The notes under the pieces were generated by a model. The model saw only the letters and a list, made by a program, of their open reading frames with translations, was not told the origin of the DNA and made no database searches. From contig OY970192.1 of the NCBI GenBank assembly GCA_963708135.1, positions 3,168,001 to 3,232,000 of the forward strand: DNA of 64,000 nt. The letters are read 5' to 3'. This DNA is from an uncultured Gemmatimonadales bacterium (GTDB taxonomy: Bacteria > Gemmatimonadota > Gemmatimonadetes > Longimicrobiales > RSA9). A program made the translations under genes and the position numbers. This document shows, in pieces, positions 55,710 through 64,000 of the stretch; the stretch's first letter is position 1; each line of letters opens with the position of its first letter.

Positions 55710-56303
55710 TCCGGATCGTAGACAATGACGCCGATCGCCTCGAGGAGGTGCGGCGCACCCGCTTCGCTTTCACGCCCGCCCGCTCTCCTCAGCCGCTCTA
55801 CGGCGCGCTCGATCAGCGGTAGCGTCAACTTCTTGCGCCCGGCTGCAGCTTCCTCGTAGCTGGGGAGGGCGAGAACGCCACCGACCACGGCGAACGGAAA
55901 TTTTAGATGGATGTTGACCGCGAACGTCCGGATGTCTCCGAACCGGTTCCAGATGGCGCGGCCAACCGCGAGGTTGACGGGTTTGATCTCGACGGCGAGT
56001 CGCAGGCCGTCCAGGCGGTGGGCCTCCGAGACGTCCGCCTGGACGGTACGAAGAGCCCCGGCAACTTTCGTCTCGCTCGCTTTGCCGGATTTCGCGAGGT
56101 GAGGGATGGAATCCGCCAGGTCGTTCAGCAGCACCTCGCCGAGGGTCCGGGAGAGGCGAATCTGAGCGCTCTTCTTCGGTCCGGCTGCAAGCGTTTCGGC
56201 TGCGCGCACGTACTCGCTCGCAGCCTCGAGGTAGTGCTCGAGCCGAGCCGACTTGAGCGATTCGAGGCGGTTGACCTTCGGCAGTCCGGTCTTGTCTTTC
56301 ATG
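55710..56303 (-). pseudogene. PD-(D/E)xK restriction-endonuclease-like gene, 3'-truncated by IS21
   Basis: ADV..LRLAVEIKPVN..NRFGD; atypical codon use; the frame runs into the IS end after YDPD. Confidence 0.6.
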
Positions 56304-56337
56304 TCAAGCGAAGATCCGTTGACGGGCCGCCGAAAGC

Positions 56338-56447
56338 AAGCACCATCCGAACCGCCCGATCCCGGACCTCTGCGGAGTACCGCTTCGGCTTGCTCATGAC
56401 CCCATCCTCTCAAGATCTGGGGCCTCCGGCAAACCCGGGGTGGTTCA
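56338..56447 (-). mobile_element. IS3-family left-end remnant
   Basis: TGAACCACCCCGGGTTTGCCGGAG end, then MSKPKRYSAEVRDRAVRMVL (orfA N-terminus). Confidence 0.85.
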
Positions 56448-56859
56448 CACCGTGAAGTAGCGGGTCATCAGCAGGTAGAGGCACCGCCGCAAGGCCGGTG
56501 ATCTCTGCCGCGGCCGTGAGCAGGGCTTGAGCGGACGAGTTTCCACCCGCCCTGGCGAGCAACTCCCCGTGCTTCTCCCGGGCCCTCGGCCGAAGCTCTG
56601 CCTATGGACCCATCGTCTACTCCTCACGCTGCGCCTGTGCGATGGTGATCCATCGGTCGCGGTCCTCCAGCGCAATCGATGGATCAGTGCGGACCGCCTC
56701 AAAGAAGTCTTGCTGGCCGCCGACGGTCGGTACCTGCTCGGACCGGTAGTTCGCGCCGGCAGCCAACGTGGGTTCGAGGCTCAGATGCTCGGCGACCGCG
56801 GCTGCGCTGCAGTGGAGTGTCCGCGCCAGATCCTCGATCAAGGTTCGGGGGATCGAAGT

Positions 56860-57392
56860 CGCGGAGAATACGCCCTCCCACCGCCGGTACTCCCGCCCGG
56901 TCAACCACTCGACCGGCCTGCGCTGCGATCAAACGATCGTCCTCGACACGTTCCATTCCGCCGCGCGCTACCCGGAGCCGCTGCGCCGCATCAGCTATCG
57001 TGACGTGCTCAGCGGCAGCGGGTTCGTCTTCCTCACGAACGACTTTCAGCTGCCGGCCCTTACGACCGCCAACCTCTACCACGAGCGCTGGCAGGTCGAG
57101 CTCTTCTTCAAGTGGATCAAACAGCACCTCCGGATCAAAGCCTTCTATGGCACAACGCCCAACGCGGTGCGGACTCAGATCTGGATCGCCATCTCCGTCT
57201 ACGTCCTCGTGGCGGTCGTCCGGAAGCAGCTCCAGACCGAACGCGACCTCTACACTTTGCTAAAGATCCTGAGCATCACTCTGCTCGCGAAAGTGCCGCT
57301 GCAGCAAGCACTTACGGCGGACGCCTATACTCTCCAAGAGACCCAAAGTCGTAACCAGTTGTCACTCTTCGACTTGTGACCGGACACTACTG
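56860..57392 (+). mobile_element. IS4-family remnant (transposase C-terminus and right end)
   Basis: FLTND..YHERWQVELFFKWIKQHLRIK..QLSLF; end ACCGGACACTACTG. Confidence 0.88.
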
Positions 57393-57786
57393 GCCCGAGA
57401 CAGAAGTTCATCTGTAGAGAGGGCAAGGCAGGTCCGGATCTGAAGGTCTGTCTCCGCCGTCCGGCCGTAGAGCTGCCCCTTTCGGTTGCGTTTGGTGAGA
57501 GGAGTCGGATGTGGAGAGGTAGAATCGGGCGGTTGAGCGAGCGCTGACATCGAGTCGTCTGTCACGTCAATCTTCTCAGGTGGGAAGAACGGGAAATGCG
57601 CGCGGCAGGGAGCATGACCGTGAAGCCACTGTGTGCGCAATATCCGGCCGGAGGTGGGAATACGTAGACCGAGGCCGAGCATTGACTCCGCAGCAAACCG
57701 GTCGCATAGGCCAGGCTCAGGCACAGAATGCCCCCGAAGGGATCGCTACCGCAAGACGTGGATCCCCAGCGAGAAGCCGGAACCGA

Positions 57787-58175
57787 GTCAATGGCGGCTG
57801 AACATGCCCCACCCGGAGGGGGTGACGAGCCGCAGGGCGTCGACACCTGCCGGCGGCTCCCTCTCCGTCGTCGTTGAGAGTCCTCCCCCTCAGGCGCCGG
57901 GGTGAGGACGGGGAAGAGGTCGGTGTGGTGGGCGCATGCGGTAGCTGTTGCCGCGGATCGAGAGGACGTAACAGTGGTGGAGCAGCCGATCGATCAGAGC
58001 GGCGGCCATGACCTCGTCACCGAAGATCTCGCCCCAGTCCTCGAAGTCCTTGTTGGACGTGAGGACGGTGGAAGCCATTTCGTAGCGCCGGGTCATGAGC
58101 TGGACGAAGTGCATGGCTCCGGTGCGGCTCACGGGGAGGTAGCCGATCTCATCCACCACCAGCACGGCCGGGTCG
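57787..58175 (-). mobile_element. Second IS21-family remnant (IstB C-terminus and end)
   Basis: VVDEIGYLP..RRYE..LTSNK..DRLLHH..GNSYR; degenerate end near 57787 (GTCAATGGCGGCTGAA). Confidence 0.82.
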
Positions 58176-58369
58176 GCCCTCCACCACCCGATCACCCCGC
58201 AGCTACCGAGTGAAGGGGTTCGCTGCTTCGGAGATAGTATGACTCGCGCGCCGGGACAATCATGGTGTCTGTTTTTCGGCCCGATAACGGCCGTCTAGGC
58301 CGCCGGCGATCGCCGGACCGGGCCGGCCAGCGCGGTCAATTCCGTCCGATTTCGTGACTCCGAAAACAC

Positions 58370-58399
58370 GAGAAAGGCCCACCGTAGCTGGCCTTTCTC
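58370..58399. terminator. 10-bp hairpin
   Basis: GAGAAAGGCC-N10-GGCCTTTCTC; on the minus strand it is followed by GTGTTTT, so it may terminate pilC. Confidence 0.55.
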
Positions 58400-58406
58400 C
58401 GAGCGA

Positions 58407-58481
58407 CAACGAATCAATTACCCACAAAACAACGAATCAACTGACGCGGCCGCAACGAATCAAGTGACGTTCAGGGACACA
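58407..58481. mobile_element. Putative Tn7/Mu-like transposon end
   Basis: CAACGAATCAA at 58407, 58430 and 58453 (23-bp period), followed by a terminal ACA. Confidence 0.55.
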
Positions 58482-58487
58482 CACCCC

Positions 58488-59690
58488 CTACTTCACCGCG
58501 TTCACCATGTCGAAGATCGGCAGGTACATGGCGACGATCATCCCGCCGACGACGACGCCGAGCACGACGATCATGACGGGCTCCATGGCGGCGAGCAGGG
58601 CTTCGACGGCGGCGTCAACTTCCTCGTCGTAGAAGTCGGCGATCTTGTTGAGCATCTCGTCGAGGCCGCCGGTCTGCTCGCCGACGTTGATCATCTGCAC
58701 GACCATGGGGGGGAAGACGTTGCTCTTCTTGAGCGGCTCGGAGATGGTCTCGCCGCCGGCGATGGAGGCGCGGCTCTCCATGACGGCGTCGTGGATGACG
58801 CGGTTGCCGGCGGTCTTGGCGGTGATCTCGAGGCCGTCGAGGATGGAGACGCCGGAGGCGACGAGGGTGCCGAGGGTGCGGGTGAAGCGCGCGACGGCGG
58901 ACTTTCGCAGCATGTTGCCGAGCACGGGGATGTGGAGGCTCATCTTGTCGATGGCGAGCTCGCCGTTGTCGGTGCCGTAGTAGGCGCGGATGGCGAAGAT
59001 GGCGCCCGCGATGGCGGCGGCGACGGCCCACCAGTAGGCCTGGAGGAAGGCGGACATGCCAATGACGATGCGGGTGGGCAGCGGCAGGGCGATGCCGGCG
59101 TCGGCGAACATGGTCTGGAAGGTCGGGATCACGAAGATGAGCAGGATCGCGATGGCGCCGGCGGCGACGGACATGACGACGGCGGGGTAGATCATGGCGC
59201 CCTTGATCTTGCGGCGCAGCGCGTCGGCCTTCTCGAGGAAGGTGGCCAGGCGGAGCAGGATGGTGTCGAGGATGCCGCCGGCCTCGCCGGCGGCGACCAT
59301 GTTGGTGTAGAGGGCGGGGAAGACCTTCTCCTGCTTGCGCATGGCGTCGGCCAGGGTCTGGCCGGACTCGACGTCGTAGAGGATCTCCTCGATGACCTTC
59401 TGGAGGTGCTTGTTCTCGCTCTGCTTGGCCAGGATGTCGAGGGACTGCACGAGGGGCAGCCCGGAGTTGATCATCGTGGCGAACTGGCGCGTGAAGATGA
59501 CGAGGTCGCGGGTGGAGACGCCGGTCCCGAAGCTGAGGTTGAGGGCGCCGGCCTTCTTCTCCTCGACCTTGACGGGGATGAGGCGCTGCTTGCGCAGCAG
59601 CTGGACGACATCGTCGCGGCTGGCGAGGTCGATCTCGCCGTTCTGGATCTCGCCCGTGGTGGCGCGTGCGGAGTAGGTGAACGTCGGCAT
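58488..59690 (-). CDS. pilC: Type IV pilus platform protein PilC
   Basis: FTRQFATMINSG, AGEAGG, AMIYP, GEQTGGLDEML, AMYLPIF. Confidence 0.95.
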   Translation of the reverse strand: MPTFTYSARATTGEIQNGEIDLASRDDVVQLLRKQRLIPVKVEEKKAGALNLSFGTGVSTRDLVIFTRQFATMINSGLPLVQSLDILAKQSENKHLQKVIEEILYDVESGQTLADAMRKQEKVFPALYTNMVAAGEAGGILDTILLRLATFLEKADALRRKIKGAMIYPAVVMSVAAGAIAILLIFVIPTFQTMFADAGIALPLPTRIVIGMSAFLQAYWWAVAAAIAGAIFAIRAYYGTDNGELAIDKMSLHIPVLGNMLRKSAVARFTRTLGTLVASGVSILDGLEITAKTAGNRVIHDAVMESRASIAGGETISEPLKKSNVFPPMVVQMINVGEQTGGLDEMLNKIADFYDEEVDAAVEALLAAMEPVMIVVLGVVVGGMIVAMYLPIFDMVNAVK

Positions 59691-59728
59691 CCGATGATCC
59701 TCGTCTCGGGGGTCCGTTGTCGACGCGG

Positions 59729-60840
59729 CTAGGCGGGGAGGGGCTGGCCGGTCATTCGGAGCAGCTCGTTGGGGTCGGAGGAGTGCTGGAGCGCCTCCTC
59801 CAGGGTGATGTCGCCTGCGATGAAGAACTGGTAGAGCGCATCGTTGAGGGTCTGCATGCCGAACTTCTTGCCGGCCTGCATGGTGGAGTAGATCTGGTGC
59901 ACCTTGTCGTCGCGGATGCAGGCGCGCACGGCGGGGGTGCAGATCATGATCTCGCAGGCGCACACGCGGCCGGTGCCGGTGGCGCGCGGGATGAGGGTCT
60001 GGGTGACGACGCCCTCGAGGACGAAGGCGAGCTGGGCGCGCACCTGGGCCTGCTGGTTGGAGGGGAAGACGTCGATGATGCGGTTGATGGTCTCGGCCGC
60101 CGAGTTGGTGTGCAGGGTGGCGAAGGCGAGGTGGCCGGTCTCGGCGATGGTGAGGGCGGCCTGGATGGTCTCGAGGTCGCGCATCTCGCCGATGAGAACG
60201 AAGTCGGGGTCCTGGCGCAGCGCGTACTTGAGGGCGGCGCCGAAGCTCTTGGTGTCGGCGCCGACCTCGCGCTGGTTGACAATGCAGCCCTGGTGCTTGT
60301 GGACGAACTCGATGGGGTCCTCGACGGTGAGGATGTGGCCCTTCTCCTCGCGGTTGATCTTGTCGAGCATGGCGGCGAGGGTGGTCGACTTGCCGGAGCC
60401 GGTGGGTCCGGTGACGAGGACGAGGCCGCGCGGCTTCTCGGCGAGGGCGGCGACGATGGCGGGCAGGCCGAGATCGTCGAAGGTCTTGATGGAGAAGGGG
60501 ATCTGGCGGACGGCCATGGAGACGCAGCCGCGCTGGCGGTAGACGTTGCCGCGGAAGCGGGCCAGGTTGGTGATGCCGAAGGAGAAGTCGAGCTCGTCCT
60601 CGAGCTCGAAGCGCTTCTTCTGCGCGTCGGTGAGGATCGAGTAGGCGATCTGGAGCGTGTCCTTGGCCGAGAGCACGTAGTCGGCGGAGGCGTTGGTGAG
60701 ATGGCCGTCGATGCGCAGCTTGGGGTGCTCGCCGGCGGTGATGTGGAGATCGCTGGCGTCGCGACGGATCATCTCCTCGAGCAGGGCGCGCAGGTTGATC
60801 CCCTGGCCCTGCTGCTGCTGGGTCGGCACCTGGGTGGTAC

Positions 60841-60844
<4 letters not shown>
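59729..60844 (-). CDS. pilT: Pilus retraction ATPase PilT
   Basis: ASDLH, GPTGSGKSTT, EDPIE, ALRQDPD, AETGH, AVRACIRD, GMQT. Confidence 0.95.
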
Positions 60845-62562
<1,718 letters not shown>

Positions 62563-62675
62563 GTCTGTTGCTTGAACTGCCTTCGGTGGAGGCATTTCGG
62601 GGAGGTCTCAGTATACCAAGAGGGGCGGGCATAGGTCAAGGTGTTGCGTCGTATGCGCGTGTGCGCGCGCGGCAA

Positions 62676-62946
62676 GAGTGGGCGAGTGGGAGAGTGGGAG
62701 ACCGGGGCGACGCTCGCGGCGGCCGACCGCGACCGGGCCTCGCACCGTGCCGGGTGCCGCACGTGCAGGGCCCTTCCTCCGGACCGGGCGACGCCACTCT
62801 CCCACGCCCTCCCCCAGAGTGGGAGAGTGGGAGAGTGGGAGACCGGGGCGACGCTCGCGGCGGCCGACCGCGACCGGGCCTCGCACCGTGCCGGGTGCCG
62901 CACGTGCAGGGCCCTTCCTCCGGACCGGGCGACGCCACTCTCCCAC
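62676..62946. repeat. Two tandem copies (141-bp period) of a REP-like element
   Basis: Copies start at 62676 and 62817 and are bounded by (GAGTGGGA)n ... CCACTCTCCCAC. Confidence 0.9.
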
Positions 62947-63045
62947 TCCGAACGGCCGCCGCAGGCAATGAGGGCCGCGGAAACGCCGGCACCCTGCCCT
63001 GCCCGGCACAGCACCCACTCTCCCACTCTCCCACTCTTGCTTCCA

Positions 63046-63906
63046 TCATCGGTCCAGGCTCAGGAATGGCTTCAGCTTGGCCAGCTTCGCGGGGCCAATG
63101 CCGTTGACCTTGAGGAGGTCCTCGGCGGTGCGGAAGGGGCCGGACTTCTCGCGCAGGGCCACGATGCGGGCGGCGAGGGCGGAGCCGATGCCGGGGAGCT
63201 TCTGGAGGTCGGCGGCGGAGGCGGTGTTCGGGTCCACCAGCGCGGCTGGAGCCGCGGGATCCCTGCCCTGCCCTCCCGCCCGACGCGCGGACGCGGGGCG
63301 ACTTCGGGCGACGCGACCGCGCGAGGCCGGGCTCGCGGCGGAGCCGGGCTCCGATTGCGGCGACGCTGCGGCGTCCCGGGACCGGCCCGGTTCCACGATT
63401 TCCGTCACCTCCGCCCTCGCGGCCCGACCGTTCGCCACCCGGCCGCTCGATGCACCGTCGTCGCCCGACCGCGCCGCGAGCTCCGCGTGCGTCCGGATGG
63501 GCAGGCCGTGCGAGGCGCCGAAGGTCAGGTGGGGCAGGAGGCGGGCGATGCGGCCGGCGCTCATGCCGGGGACGGTGCCGAGGTCGTCGCTGCCGGCGAA
63601 AGGGCCGTCTTTCTCGCGGGCGGCGATGACGGCGTGGGCGAGGGTCGGCCCGATGCCGGGGAGGCGATCGAGCTGCTCGGGCGGGGCGGCGTTGACGTTG
63701 ATCTTCTCCGTGCTGCCGAGCGGGCGAGCCGCGCGCCGGTCCTTCTCGGCCGCGGCCTGGCTCTGGCGCTCGATTCTGGCGAGGTCAACGGTGGGCAGGT
63801 CCGGCACGGGCACGGGTGGCCGCAGCACGAGCCGCCCCGCGCCGGCGAGGACGAGCAGGAGCAGCACGAAGCCGACCGCGCGGGATTCGTCCCTGGAGAG
63901 GCTCAT
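63046..63906 (-). CDS. comEA: ComEA-family HhH DNA-binding protein (two HhH domains)
   Basis: N-terminal TM; INVNAA..LPGIGP; VDPNTAS..LPGIG..VNGIGP. Confidence 0.88.
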   Translation of the reverse strand: MSLSRDESRAVGFVLLLLVLAGAGRLVLRPPVPVPDLPTVDLARIERQSQAAAEKDRRAARPLGSTEKINVNAAPPEQLDRLPGIGPTLAHAVIAAREKDGPFAGSDDLGTVPGMSAGRIARLLPHLTFGASHGLPIRTHAELAARSGDDGASSGRVANGRAARAEVTEIVEPGRSRDAAASPQSEPGSAASPASRGRVARSRPASARRAGGQGRDPAAPAALVDPNTASAADLQKLPGIGSALAARIVALREKSGPFRTAEDLLKVNGIGPAKLAKLKPFLSLDR

Positions 63907-63932
63907 CGCCGGTTCAGGGGAGGGTGGGGGAA

Positions 63933-64000
63933 TGGGAGAGTGGGAGACCGGGCGACGTTCGCGGCGGCCGACCGCGACCGGGCCTCGCACCGTGCCGGGT
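63933..64000. repeat. Third copy of the REP-like element, cut by the window end
   Basis: GGGAGAGTGGGAGACCGGGCGACG..CGCACCGTGCCGGGT matches the 62676 unit. Confidence 0.88.

Noticed and set aside
57600..58400. tRNA or integrase att site at the island border
   Set aside because: No cloverleaf, T-loop motif or integrase was seen.

Overview
A very GC-rich bacterial chromosomal segment. Its gene repertoire (MacB-type ABC permease, Ser/Thr kinase-TPR/TolB proteins, ECF sigma-kinase pair, TolB-like TPR proteins) suggests Gemmatimonadota or a similar lineage; this is an inference. Positions 1-52.4 kb are an accessory mosaic of enzymes, regulators, a vapBC pair and several gene fragments. Positions 52.8-58.5 kb are a decayed mobile island: an intact IS21, IS3/IS4/IS21 remnants, a truncated PD-(D/E)xK nuclease-like gene, and a Tn7/Mu-like end just downstream of pilC. 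Positions 58.5-64 kb hold pilC, pilT, pilB and comEA on the minus strand. The strongest candidate for an undescribed system is an orphan AbiEi-DUF559 (Vsr-like) nuclease gene at 21595-22548, bracketed by two homologous 61-bp dyad tandem arrays, with a 5'-truncated neighbouring gene. Other highlights: an RAE-like element before a rox-like monooxygenase, a degenerate duplicate of the ligase 3' end flanking a kinase gene, a 94-bp inverted duplicate of an IS21 end, and a motif-permuted multicopper oxidase. No tRNA, rRNA or CRISPR array was seen. All family calls come from motif recognition, not database searches.
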